DNA from: Actinomycetota bacterium
GTDB lineage: Bacteria; Actinomycetota; UBA4738; HRBIN12
Direction of reading: 5' to 3'
Length of the DNA: 60,387 nucleotides
Assembly: GCA_036395715.1 (NCBI GenBank)
Contig: DASWDB010000141.1
Location: forward strand, 1 to 60,387
A program made the translations under genes and the position numbers. The notes under the pieces are model-generated. The model searched no databases. It was not told the DNA's origin and saw only the letters and a program-made list of their open reading frames with translations. Position 1 is the first letter of the stretch, and every line of letters begins with the position of its first letter. Shown here in pieces: positions 1-9,100 of the stretch.

Positions 1-558
1 ATGGAAGTTCGAGAAGCCGAAGTGTGCCGTGGCGTGGAGGTGCACGTTGAACGTCCCCGCGAAGCGCGCGGTCGAAAGCGGCGCCGTCGGGGTCATGGCC
101 ACGACGCGCGCCAGGGCTCGCGTGCCGTCGGCGCCGACGGCCGCAACCGCGTACACGTATCGGGTCTCTGGGGTCACCGAGCGATCGATCCACGTTGTCT
201 TGGTCGGCGGCAGCGTCGTGATCGGCCTCCCGTCGCGGGTCACCGCGTAGTACGAGACGGGCAGCCCTTCGCCTGGCGCCCACGTGAGCACGACCACGAA
301 GGGAGCGGGGTGAGCATCCATCGTCTGGGGCGCGGCCACGGCGGCAGGCGAGGGCGCTGCCGGAGGAGTTGCGGAGGCGGCGTCACCTCCACCGCCGGCG
401 ACGGCCATCGCGCCACCGATCACGGCGATGATCGCCACGCACGCCACGATCGTGACGATGGTCACCGTTCGATGATCGAGTTCGGCGGCCGGAGCCCTGC
501 CCTGGGTCGGGGCATCTGGCGGCGCGTCGTGCTCGGGGGGCGGGGGGATAACGTCCAT
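1..558 (-). CDS. Membrane-anchored protein with fibronectin type III-like ectodomain (partial; C-terminus lies left of the window)
   Basis: My own minus-strand translation from ATG (556-558) is stop-free down to base 1. It reads MDVIPPPPEHDAPPD..., then one TM helix (TVTIVTIVACVAIIAVIGGAMAV), then VVVLTWAPGEGLPVSYYAVTRDGRPITTLPPTKTTWIDRSVTPETRYVYAVAAVGADG, which looks like an FN3 strand pattern. It is absent from the supplied ORF track, presumably because it has no stop inside the window. Confidence 0.6.
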   Translation of the reverse strand, partial: MDVIPPPPEHDAPPDAPTQGRAPAAELDHRTVTIVTIVACVAIIAVIGGAMAVAGGGGDAASATPPAAPSPAAVAAPQTMDAHPAPFVVVLTWAPGEGLPVSYYAVTRDGRPITTLPPTKTTWIDRSVTPETRYVYAVAAVGADGTRALARVVAMTPTAPLSTARFAGTFNVHLHATAHFGFSNFH

Positions 559-1906
559 GTTCGACTCCTCGTCGGTGCTCGCGTTCTACCACGGCTGCGC
601 CGGTCGGTGCCGTAGCATCGCCGTCGTGGCCGATCCCGCTCGCGTCGCGCCCCTGGGAGGAGAGCTCCCCGATGGGGCCCGGTTCATCGGCGCCGCCGTC
701 GGGGCCCCCGGTTGGCGCGCGGGCCGAGCGGCGCCGGCGGTCGCGGATCTCAACGATTGCGTCGCCTGCGGGCTGTGCCTCCCACATTGCCCCACGTACC
801 GGCTGACCGGCGAAGAATCCGCGTCACCGCGCGGGCGGATCGCCGCCATGCGCGCCGTCCAAGATGGCATCGCGGTCCCCGATGGGACCTTCGAGGGCTT
901 CATGGATCTGTGTCTCGTGTGCCGGGCATGCGAGGATGTGTGCCCGTCGCACGTGCCGTTCGGCCGGATGATGGAGGCGGCCCGTGAACAGGTCGAGCCA
1001 CTCCGGACGCGACGTTCGCGATTCATCCGGTGGCTCGGGTTCCATTGGGTGCTCCCCCACCCGTCGCTCGTCCGAACGGCCGCGGCGCTCCAGCCGATCG
1101 CGCGACCGTTCATGCCCAAAGCCGCTCGCATGCTTACCCCCGCGCGGGGCTACCCGTTCGCGCGGCTCCCCCGCGTGACGGAACCGCCGGCGGGCGTCGA
1201 GGTCCGGGGCACCGTCGCCATGCTGTCGGGCTGTGTGCAGGACCGATGGTTCCACCGCGTGAACCTGGCCACGATCCGCGTGGTGGCGCGGAACGGCTGG
1301 CGGGTCGTGGTACCCACAGGTCAGGCATGCTGTGGCGCGCTCGCGGCGCACAACGGGCGGCTGGCCATCGCGCGTCGGCTGGCCAAGCGCGCCCGTCACG
1401 CCTTCGTCGGCGCGGACGTCGTCGTCGTGAACGCTGCCGGATGCGCTGCGCACATGGCGACCTACGACGAGCTTCTGCCGGGGTCGGCTGTCCCTGTCCG
1501 CGAGGTCACCGAGTTCCTCCACGCGGAGGGGTTGACCGCGCGGGCCGGTTCGCTCGGCGCGACCGTCGCCTACCACGATGCCTGCCACGCCCTGCGCGCC
1601 TTGAAGATCCACGATGAGCCTCGCGACCTGTTGCGAAGGATCGAGGGCCTGCGGTTGGTCGAGGTGCGCGACGGCGATCGCTGTTGTGGTGCGGCCGGGA
1701 TCTACAACGTGACCCAGCCGGAGGCAGCGAGCGCCCTGGGGCGCCAGAAGGCCGACGCCGTCATCGCGACGGACGCGACGATCGTCGCAAGCTCGAACCC
1801 CGGGTGTTCGATGCAGCTCGCCGCGCACCTCCGCGCTGCCGGGAGCGACATCGAGGTCCTGCACCCGATCGAGCTGCTCGATCGCGCTTCCGCGGGTGAA
1901 GGCTGA
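557..1906 (+). CDS. GlcF-like (Fe-S)-binding protein: 4Fe-4S dicluster plus two cysteine-rich CCG domains (glycolate oxidase iron-sulfur subunit / heterodisulfide reductase-related)
   Basis: CVACGLCLPHCPTY and CLVCRACEDVCPSHV are two ferredoxin-type clusters. Downstream repeats (CCGALAAHNG, DACHAL, CCGAAGIYN, NPGCSMQL) are typical of CCG domains. The start is uncertain: in-frame GTGs at 575 and 626 are alternatives to the ATG at 557, which overlaps the divergent gene's ATG. Confidence 0.85.
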   Translation: MFDSSSVLAFYHGCAGRCRSIAVVADPARVAPLGGELPDGARFIGAAVGAPGWRAGRAAPAVADLNDCVACGLCLPHCPTYRLTGEESASPRGRIAAMRAVQDGIAVPDGTFEGFMDLCLVCRACEDVCPSHVPFGRMMEAAREQVEPLRTRRSRFIRWLGFHWVLPHPSLVRTAAALQPIARPFMPKAARMLTPARGYPFARLPRVTEPPAGVEVRGTVAMLSGCVQDRWFHRVNLATIRVVARNGWRVVVPTGQACCGALAAHNGRLAIARRLAKRARHAFVGADVVVVNAAGCAAHMATYDELLPGSAVPVREVTEFLHAEGLTARAGSLGATVAYHDACHALRALKIHDEPRDLLRRIEGLRLVEVRDGDRCCGAAGIYNVTQPEAASALGRQKADAVIATDATIVASSNPGCSMQLAAHLRAAGSDIEVLHPIELLDRASAGEG

Positions 1907-1916
1907 CGCCTTCGGG

Positions 1917-2348
1917 CTACCAGCGCGGCTCGGTCGCGCGCATCGCGACCGAGCCGGTGCAGACGGTCCCGACCCCGTAGAAGACGTCGCCTGCATCCGT
2001 CAGGTGGATGTAGAAGCACGCGCCCGGTCGTGCCTGCACGGCCGCGGCCCACGAGGTCGGGCCGGTCGCGATGCTCACGTCGTCCAGTCCGGTCGAGGCC
2101 GACTCGGCGTCGCGATACGTGCGCGAGGGGTCCGCGGCCGCGAGCGTGGCGGCATCGGCTGCGCCCAAGGAGCCTTTCGAGTCGCGGATCCGCTCGGCCG
2201 CGGCCTGCGCGACCCGCAGCGTGGCCTCGGCGTGGCCGATCGTCTCTTTCATCGGAGCGTTATAGAGGATCGCCGCCACGAGCAGGACGCAGGCGAGACC
2301 GATCGAGCCGACGACGAGCCAGAACCCACGGTTGTGGCGTTCAGGCAC
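1917..2348 (-). CDS. Small membrane-anchored protein, paralog 1 of a Cys-pair family (function unknown)
   Basis: GTG start overlaps the coxE stop by 8 nt. N-terminal TM helix (FWLVVGSIGLACVLLVAAIL). C-terminal GACFYIHL...GTVCTG is shared with the products of 9101..9706 and 9703..10272. Confidence 0.7.
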   Translation of the reverse strand: MPERHNRGFWLVVGSIGLACVLLVAAILYNAPMKETIGHAEATLRVAQAAAERIRDSKGSLGAADAATLAAADPSRTYRDAESASTGLDDVSIATGPTSWAAAVQARPGACFYIHLTDAGDVFYGVGTVCTGSVAMRATEPRW

Positions 2349-3519
2349 CCAGGACCGCCGCCAGGCTCTCGAGACTCTCGAGGTTGTGGCCCGACAGGAA
2401 CACGTCGACGCTCGGAAGCGCCGCCGCCATCCCGCGAGCGAGCGGCTCGTACCGCGGTGACCCCTTCAGCGGATTCGCCCAGACCACCCGGTGGGCGAGC
2501 CGTCGCATCCGGGCCATCTGGGCGCGCAGGAGGGCCGGGTCCCCACGCTCGAGTCCGTCGGAACACAGCACGACGACCGCGCCGCGAAGGGCGGCGCGCT
2601 GGCTCCACCCGTCGAGCAGCGTCTTGAGGGACTCGCCGATCCGGGTGCCACCCTCCCAGTCCTCGACCAGCTTCCCGATCTCCCGCATCGCACGGTCCGG
2701 GTCCTTCGCGCGAAGGGTCCGCGTCACGCGCGTGAGGCGCGTGCCGAAGCAGAAGACCTCGACGCGTCGGCCCGCCGCCATCGCCGCGTAGCCGAACTGC
2801 AACAGCGCGCGAGCGTACGGCGCCATCGAACCGCTGATGTCGAGGATCAGGACCAGCGGCCGCGTCCGCGACCGGCGTTCGCGATAGGAGCGTTCGAAGG
2901 GCTCCCCCTGGGTCCGGAGCGAACGCCGCAGCGTTCGACGAAGGTCGAACGCGGAGCCCTTCCGAGCCGGACGCGTCCGGCGCGTCCGTTCGACGGGCGC
3001 GCGGACGGTGAGGTCGTCGATCATGCTCGCGACCCGATGACGCTCCTCCTCGGTGAGGTCCGCGAACGACTTCGCACGGAGGACCTCGACGCCGGAGGCG
3101 ACGATCCTGATCGAGGACTCGTCGCCCGGCTCGGGCTCATCTTCCTCGTGGGCGGAGCGCCATGAGCCCGCCGTGGCCGGGATCTCGACCCGGAGCCCTT
3201 CGGGTCCCTCGGCGACATCCGGGACCTCGGTGGGCAGGGAGAGCTCGATCGTGAGCTCCGCGTCCGAGGGCGCGAGTGACCGGTACCAGGTGTCGAAGGC
3301 GACGTCGTACGCGTCGAGGTCGGGGCGGCTCGCGACGAGCGAGACGCGCCCGGCCCAGTAGAGCGACGCGCGGTCGACGAGCCCCAGCGAGGCGACCGCG
3401 CGGAGGAAGGTCACGATCCGACCGGTGCCGACCGGGACCCCCCGCGCACGCAGGTCCCTACCGAAGGCGACGAGAGGCGCGAGCGCCGGGTCGTGCGGCG
3501 CCTCCCTTCCGTCAGCCAT
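2341..3519 (-). CDS. coxE: CoxE-like VWA domain protein
   Basis: VWA/MIDAS signature LVLILDISGSMAPY. The N-terminal region is typical of the CoxE family. It overlaps the upstream MoxR ATPase gene by 8 nt. Confidence 0.85.
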   Translation of the reverse strand: MADGREAPHDPALAPLVAFGRDLRARGVPVGTGRIVTFLRAVASLGLVDRASLYWAGRVSLVASRPDLDAYDVAFDTWYRSLAPSDAELTIELSLPTEVPDVAEGPEGLRVEIPATAGSWRSAHEEDEPEPGDESSIRIVASGVEVLRAKSFADLTEEERHRVASMIDDLTVRAPVERTRRTRPARKGSAFDLRRTLRRSLRTQGEPFERSYRERRSRTRPLVLILDISGSMAPYARALLQFGYAAMAAGRRVEVFCFGTRLTRVTRTLRAKDPDRAMREIGKLVEDWEGGTRIGESLKTLLDGWSQRAALRGAVVVLCSDGLERGDPALLRAQMARMRRLAHRVVWANPLKGSPRYEPLARGMAAALPSVDVFLSGHNLESLESLAAVLGA

Positions 3520-4390
3520 CCTCCCCGACCACCTCGCCGAGCCTGGCCATCACGAGCTCCTGGTCCTCGTGGTCCTTCACCACGCTGCCGAGCGTCTCGC
3601 GCGCGAGTCCGGGATCGAGCTGCTCCGCACCGAGGAACGCGAGCGCGTTCGCCCAGTCGATCGTCTCGGCGACGCCGGGACGCTTGGCGAGGTCGAGGGC
3701 GCGCAGGCGGGCCACCGCCCGCGCGACGTCGCCCGCGAGCGCCGCACCGACGTGTGGCGCTCGCACGCGCACGATGTCGACCTCGCGGTCCAGGTCGGGG
3801 TGATCGATCCAGTGATAGAGGCAGCGTCGTTTGAGCGCGTCGTGGAGCTCGCGGGTCCGGTTCGACGTGACGATCACCGCCGGGGGCGTCAGGGCGCCGA
3901 CCCTGCCGATCTCGGGGATCGTCACCGCGAACTCCGACAGGATCTCCAGGAGGAACGCCTCGAACTCGTCGTCGGCGCGATCGAGCTCGTCGACGAGGAG
4001 GACCGCCTCGTCCCCGGCGCGGATCGCCGCGAGGAGCGGCCGCTCCACCAGGAACTCGGGTCCGAACAGGTCCTCGACGTGGGCCTCCGCGTCGCTGGCG
4101 TCCATCGCTCGGACCGCGATCAGCTGCCGTGCGTAGTTCCATTCGTAGAGCGCCTGCGAGGCGTCGATCCCCTCGTAGCACTGCAGGCGGGTCAGCCGGC
4201 GGCCGAGCAGCTCGGCGAGAACCTTCGCGACCTCGGTCTTGCCGACCCCGGCCTCACCCTCGAGCAGGAGCGGCTTGCCGAGTGACAGCGCGAGGTAGAT
4301 CGCGGTCGTCAGCCCGCGATCGGCGAGGTACGCGTGGCGCGCCAACGCGTCCTGCAGGTCGTTCACGTCCTCGAAGGAGAGCTCCGGCAC
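3512..4390 (-). CDS. coxD: MoxR-type AAA+ ATPase (CoxD-like)
   Basis: Walker A (LLLEGEAGVGKTEVAKVLA) and Walker B (AVLLVDELDRADDE). Sits immediately upstream of the VWA partner, the classic MoxR-VWA pair. Confidence 0.9.
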   Translation of the reverse strand: MPELSFEDVNDLQDALARHAYLADRGLTTAIYLALSLGKPLLLEGEAGVGKTEVAKVLAELLGRRLTRLQCYEGIDASQALYEWNYARQLIAVRAMDASDAEAHVEDLFGPEFLVERPLLAAIRAGDEAVLLVDELDRADDEFEAFLLEILSEFAVTIPEIGRVGALTPPAVIVTSNRTRELHDALKRRCLYHWIDHPDLDREVDIVRVRAPHVGAALAGDVARAVARLRALDLAKRPGVAETIDWANALAFLGAEQLDPGLARETLGSVVKDHEDQELVMARLGEVVGEDG

Positions 4391-4405
4391 CTTCGAAGGG
4401 TACCG

Positions 4406-5278
4406 TCAGGTGCCGGGTTCCGCGCCGCGCGGTTGCATCGGCACCGGCGGCACGCGGATCCCTCGCTCCGCGATCCGAGACGTGATGCGCTCGCGGAGCT
4501 CTCGTTCGATCTCCCACCGTCGCGACGGCTCGGTCTCGGCGACGACCCGGATCACCTGGGCTGCGTCAGTGACCTGCACCACCCCGAGCACCTCCGGATT
4601 CTTGCGGAGCGCGCTCTCGAAGGGCTCCTCTGACGAGAGCTCTTCGAGCAGCTCCTCCAGCACGACGCGGACGCGCGCGGCGTCCTCGGAGACCGCCACC
4701 CGCACGTCGACGATGGCCCGCCCCCATCCGCGCGTCTTGTTGCGGACGACGTGCACCGCGCCGTTCGGAACGATGCTCAGCGTCCCGTCGAACTGACGGA
4801 CGCTCGTGGTCCGGAGGCTCAGCCCCTCGACGGTACCGGACACGAGCCCGCCGTCGGACTCCAGGTCCACGACATCGCCGATGTCGTATTGGCGTTCGAG
4901 CACGATGAACAGACCCGAGATCGTGTCCCGGACCAGGGTCTGCGCCCCGAAACCGAGCGCCACCCCGGCGATACCGGCGCTCAGGACGAGGGGGCCGAGG
5001 CTCACGTTGAATCCCCTGAGGATCGTCACCCCGACCATCAGCCATGCGATGACGACGACGATCCCGCCGGCCAGGCCGACGATGGTGGTGAGGCGGCGAC
5101 GGCGACGTCCCTCGGCGTCGTCGCCGGCCTCCTTGGCTCGGCGGCGGTAGCGTCGAACGTAGCGACCGACGATCAGGCTGACGACGATCGCGATCACGAC
5201 CGAGGTCGAGAGCCCGATCGCGAACGTGATCCACCAGTCCCGCGAGTAGCGGGCGGCCTCCTGAGCGAGAAGCGCTAT
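4406..5278 (-). CDS. MscS-family small-conductance mechanosensitive channel
   Basis: Three TM helices, including the pore helix LVLSAGIAGVALGFGAQTLVRDTISGLFIVLERQYDIGD, followed by a beta-domain. The 5' end is unresolved: there is no ATG/GTG/TTG in frame between the coxM stop and TM1 (see findings). The end coordinate is the first codon (ATA) after the coxM stop. Confidence 0.75.
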   Translation of the reverse strand: MALLAQEAARYSRDWWITFAIGLSTSVVIAIVVSLIVGRYVRRYRRRAKEAGDDAEGRRRRRLTTIVGLAGGIVVVIAWLMVGVTILRGFNVSLGPLVLSAGIAGVALGFGAQTLVRDTISGLFIVLERQYDIGDVVDLESDGGLVSGTVEGLSLRTTSVRQFDGTLSIVPNGAVHVVRNKTRGWGRAIVDVRVAVSEDAARVRVVLEELLEELSSEEPFESALRKNPEVLGVVQVTDAAQVIRVVAETEPSRRWEIERELRERITSRIAERGIRVPPVPMQPRGAEPGT

Positions 5279-6093
5279 GCCGATGCCTCCTCGAGCGCCC
5301 GCCGCACGAGCACCTTCACCAGCTCGCGACGGTAGCCGGCGGACCCGAACGCGTCGCTCGGGGGCGCGGTCCCCTCGTCCGCATGCGTCGCGGCGGTCGC
5401 CGGATCCGCGCCCCCCGTCACCGCCTCCTCGACCCCGGTCGCTCGGAGCGGCGTGAGACCCATATTCGTGAGCGCGACGTGGACCCCGCCGTTCGATCGG
5501 ACGGCGGAGACGCCGACCACGGCCCAGTCCTGCGCCCTGCGCTGGAACTTGATGAAGCTCCAGCCCGCGTTCGCCTTCGGGACCCGGATCTCGGTGAGGA
5601 TCTCGTCGGGAGCGAGCGCGGTCTCGAACAACGACGTGAAGAAGTCGGCCGCCGCCACGGTGCGCGTGCCCGTGGGGCCCTCGGCGACGAACTCCGCGTC
5701 GAGCGCGAGCAACACCGCCGGCAGATCGCCTGCCGGATCGCCGTGCGCGACCGACCCGCCGATCGTGCCCATGTGGCGCACCTGCGGATCGCCGATCTGT
5801 CCGGCTGCGTGCGCGACGATCGGACAGAGCTGCTGGAGCACCTCTGCGTTCGCGACGTCGTGGTGCCGCGTCAGGGCGCCGACCGCGATCCGGTCCCCGT
5901 CCTGGCGGACGTACGACAGGTCGGTGAGCCGGCCGATGTCGACGAGCATCGTCGGACGCGCGATCCGCAGCCGCATCGCCGGGAGCAATGAGTGCCCACC
6001 GGCCAGGACCTTCGCGTCCGGGTCGGCCCCGAGCAGCGAGATGGCCTCCTGCACCGAGCCGGCTCGCGTGTAGTCGAACGGCGCCGGGATCAC
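5275..6093 (-). CDS. coxM: FAD-binding medium subunit of a CO dehydrogenase/xanthine dehydrogenase-family molybdoenzyme
   Basis: MIPAPFDYTRAGSVQEAISLLG...KVLAGGHSLLPAMRLR and HMGTIGGSVAHGDPAGD are typical of the CoxM/FAD_binding_5 family. Overlaps the coxL stop by 4 nt. Confidence 0.9.
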   Translation of the reverse strand: MIPAPFDYTRAGSVQEAISLLGADPDAKVLAGGHSLLPAMRLRIARPTMLVDIGRLTDLSYVRQDGDRIAVGALTRHHDVANAEVLQQLCPIVAHAAGQIGDPQVRHMGTIGGSVAHGDPAGDLPAVLLALDAEFVAEGPTGTRTVAAADFFTSLFETALAPDEILTEIRVPKANAGWSFIKFQRRAQDWAVVGVSAVRSNGGVHVALTNMGLTPLRATGVEEAVTGGADPATAATHADEGTAPPSDAFGSAGYRRELVKVLVRRALEEASA

Positions 6094-8510
6094 GACGCGC
6101 CTCCTTCCTGCCGTCCCGGGGTCGCTCCACCGGGACCACCGCTCACTCCGGGCGACCCCTTGGTGGCCTCTTGGATCGCTCGCCAGACGCGTTCGGGCGA
6201 CGCAGGCTTGCCCACGTCAGTGACCCCGAGGTGCGACACGGCGTCGATCACGGCATTGATGACGGCGGGCGGCGAGGCGATGGTCCCTGCCTCGGCGATG
6301 CCCTTCACGCCCAAGGCGTTCGTCGTGGACGGCGTCTCCGTGCGATCGAGCGTCATGTCGGGGATCTCTGCCGCGGACGGGATCAGGTACTGCGTCATCG
6401 AGGAGGTCATCAGGTTCCCGGACTCGTCGTAGACCGCCTCCTCGTACAGCGCTTCCGCGATGCCCTGCGCGACGCCCCCCTGCACCTGCCCCTCCACGAT
6501 CATGGGGTTGATCACGGCGCCGCAATCGTCGACGGCCACGTACCGCAGGATGTCGGTCTTGCCCGTTTCCGTGTCGACCTCGACCACGCAGACATGGGTC
6601 CCCGCCGGCCAGGTGAAGTTCGGTGGGTCGTAGACCGCCGTCCCCTCCAGCACCGGTTCCATCCCCTTCGGGAGCGAGTGCGCGTGCCATGCAGACGTGG
6701 CGAGATCGGGGATCGTCCGCGCCTTGTCGGGCGCACCCCGGACGCGGAACGCACCATCGGTCCATTCGAGGTCGTCTTCCGAAACCTCGAGCTCATGCGC
6801 GGCGATGATCCGTGCCTTCTCCTTCACCTTCTCGACGGCCTGCCGGAGCGCCTCACCCCCGACGGCGACCGACCGTGAACCGTACGTGTCCATGCCGAGG
6901 CGCGAGACGGCGGTATCGCCGTGCAAGACCTCGACATCATCCGGGGTGATACCGAGTCCATCGGCGACGATCTGCGACCACGAGGTGTCGTGGCCTTGTC
7001 CGTGCGGCGAGGTGCCCGTGCGCACGACGACCTTGCCGAACGGCCGGCATTCGATCTCGGCGGCGTCCCAGCCGCCGGCGACGTATCGCAGCGCACCGAG
7101 GATCTCCGACGGGGCCAACCCACACATCTCGATGTAACTCGACAGACCGATCCCGATCTGCTTCGCGTCGCCGGACTCACGGCGAGCGGCCTGCTCCTTC
7201 CGCATCTGGTCGTATTCGACCAACTCCAACGCGCGATCGAACGTTGGCTCGTAGTTCGCAGAGTCCACCTGGAGGCCCATGATCGAGGTCTGGGCGTCGG
7301 CGTGTGGCGGATGCAGGTTCATCCGACGAACATGCGCCGGGTCCTTACCGATCCGTCGCGCGAACGCATCCACGAGCCGCTCGATCACGAACGTCGCTTC
7401 CGGCCGGCCCGCGCCACGGTAGGCGTCCGTCGGCGTCGCGTTCGTCATGATCCCGGTGAACTCGTACCAGTACGCCTCCACGTCGTACGGACCCATGTAG
7501 ACCCAGCCCCCGAGCTCGGGGATCCCCGGCGTGAGGAGCTGGAAGTACGCGCCCATGTCGGCGAGCTCGACGAACTTCAGCCCGAGGATCTTGCCGTCCT
7601 CCGTCCCGGCGAGGGTGCAGTCGTGGATCACGCCGCGCCCGTGGATCGTGGCGACGTAGTTCTCCTGCCGGTCCTCGATCCACTTCACAGGCCTGCCGAG
7701 CCGTCGCGCGAGTGCGAGCGCGAGGGCTTCCTCGGCGTAGACGTTCAGCTTCGACCCGAAGCCACCGCCGACATCGGGCGCGATGATCCGCAGCTTCGAT
7801 TGCGGGATCCCGGTCGCGATCGAGAGCGCGACGCGGGCGATGTGCGGGATCTGGGTCGCCGACACGAGCGTGTACTCGCCGGCCGCCGGGATCCCGTACG
7901 CGAGACAGCCTCGAGCCTCGATGGCGTTCGGGATCAGCCGCGGTTGCGAGTACCGCTCGTGCACCACGACGGGAGCCGAGTCGAAGATGGTTTGATCGCC
8001 GCCTCCGCCATGGCTCCAATGCACGACCACGTTCGTGCCGAGGTCCTCGTGAAGCACGACCTGGTCCTTCGCAGCCTCCTCGAGGTCGAGGACGACCGGA
8101 CGTTCGGTCGCCTCCACCACGACCTCCTCCGCCGCATCCTCCGCCTGAGCGCGGGACTCCGCGATGACGACCGCGACCGCGTCACCGGCGAACCTGATCA
8201 CGTCCTTCGTGAGCGGCCAGTGGGTCGGGATCTTGATGTCCTCGGTGATCGGCCACACCATCGGCAGGCCGGCGGGGAACGCGTCGTCGAGGTCGGCGGC
8301 GGTGAGCACGCCGATGACGCCCGGCATGTTCGATGCCTTCGAGACGTCGACGGAATCGACCTTCGCGTGGACGTATGGAGGCCGAACGAGCTCCATCCAC
8401 ACCATGCCGGCCATGGACTGGTTGTCGATGAAGGTCCCTTGCCCCTCGATGAGCTTGGCGTCTTCCTTCCGGAGGATGGAGCGACCGACGTACTGCTCCG
8501 TCGTTGCCAT
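6090..8510 (-). CDS. coxL: Molybdopterin-binding large subunit, form II CoxL-type (AYRGAGR active-site loop)
   Basis: Begins at MATTEQYVGRSILRKEDAKLIEGQG. The longer 923-aa ORF is an upstream extension that overlaps coxS. The active-site loop AYRGAGR is encoded at 7404-7424. Aldehyde oxidase/xanthine dehydrogenase a/b hammerhead and Mo-binding regions are recognisable. Confidence 0.9.
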   Translation of the reverse strand: MATTEQYVGRSILRKEDAKLIEGQGTFIDNQSMAGMVWMELVRPPYVHAKVDSVDVSKASNMPGVIGVLTAADLDDAFPAGLPMVWPITEDIKIPTHWPLTKDVIRFAGDAVAVVIAESRAQAEDAAEEVVVEATERPVVLDLEEAAKDQVVLHEDLGTNVVVHWSHGGGGDQTIFDSAPVVVHERYSQPRLIPNAIEARGCLAYGIPAAGEYTLVSATQIPHIARVALSIATGIPQSKLRIIAPDVGGGFGSKLNVYAEEALALALARRLGRPVKWIEDRQENYVATIHGRGVIHDCTLAGTEDGKILGLKFVELADMGAYFQLLTPGIPELGGWVYMGPYDVEAYWYEFTGIMTNATPTDAYRGAGRPEATFVIERLVDAFARRIGKDPAHVRRMNLHPPHADAQTSIMGLQVDSANYEPTFDRALELVEYDQMRKEQAARRESGDAKQIGIGLSSYIEMCGLAPSEILGALRYVAGGWDAAEIECRPFGKVVVRTGTSPHGQGHDTSWSQIVADGLGITPDDVEVLHGDTAVSRLGMDTYGSRSVAVGGEALRQAVEKVKEKARIIAAHELEVSEDDLEWTDGAFRVRGAPDKARTIPDLATSAWHAHSLPKGMEPVLEGTAVYDPPNFTWPAGTHVCVVEVDTETGKTDILRYVAVDDCGAVINPMIVEGQVQGGVAQGIAEALYEEAVYDESGNLMTSSMTQYLIPSAAEIPDMTLDRTETPSTTNALGVKGIAEAGTIASPPAVINAVIDAVSHLGVTDVGKPASPERVWRAIQEATKGSPGVSGGPGGATPGRQEGGAS

Positions 8511-8521
8511 CGGTCCTCCCC

Positions 8522-9001
8522 TCAGGCCTTCGCGCCGCTCATCTGGCCGGCGGCATCCAGGATCGACTCGACGATGTTCTGGTAGCCCGTACACCGACAG
8601 AGGTTCCCTTCGAGGGATTCGCGCACTTCCGCCTCCGTGGGCGTTGGGTTCTCCTTCAGGTAGCTGGCGGCTGCCATCAGCATGCCCGGCGTGCAGTACC
8701 CGCATTGGAGGCCGTGGTGGCGATGGAACGCGTCCTGCAGCGGGTGCAGGGTCCCGTCGGCACCGGCCAACGCTTCGATCGTCGTGACCTCGCGACCGTC
8801 CGCCTGGACGGCCAGGAGCGTGCAGGACTTCACCGACTCTCCGTCGAGATGCACGGTGCACGCGCCGCAGGACGACGTGTCACACCCGACGTTGGTTCCA
8901 GTGAGTCCCAGCTGCTCCCGGAGGAAGTACACGAGGAGCGTGCGAGGCTCGACATCGGCCTCGCGCCGCGTCCCATTCACGGTGACCGCGATCTGCGTCA
9001 C
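8522..9001 (-). CDS. coxS: [2Fe-2S] small subunit of the CoxSLM-type molybdoenzyme
   Basis: [11 protein letters not shown] and CGYCTPGM...CRCTGY cluster motifs. GTG start preceded by GGAAGGAGGA. Confidence 0.92.
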   Translation of the reverse strand: MTQIAVTVNGTRREADVEPRTLLVYFLREQLGLTGTNVGCDTSSCGACTVHLDGESVKSCTLLAVQADGREVTTIEALAGADGTLHPLQDAFHRHHGLQCGYCTPGMLMAAASYLKENPTPTEAEVRESLEGNLCRCTGYQNIVESILDAAGQMSGAKA

Positions 9002-9100
9002 GAGCAGTCCTCCTTCCGGACGGAGCGCGTTGCGGGGTAAGCCCAGACCCTAGTACGGAGGTGGAGAACGCGCGAGTTGCTCGGGAGGACTCCCGGAGGG

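Noticed and set aside
1-615. 204-aa plus-strand ORF at the window start.
   Set aside because: It has an Arg/Gly/His-rich nonsense-like composition. The opposite strand encodes a coherent TM plus FN3-like protein in the complementary frame.
8511-8861. N-terminal extension of the coxL track ORF (923 aa). The same pattern occurs for the ligase (47433..48641), the sulfatase (38997..40058), paralog 3 (10273..11430), GH15 (32935..33405) and the response regulator (56930..57742).
   Set aside because: The extensions overlap upstream genuine genes, are Arg/Pro/Gly-rich, and sit ahead of internal starts that carry SD sequences or 4-nt coupling overlaps. The family-typical N-termini also begin at those internal starts.
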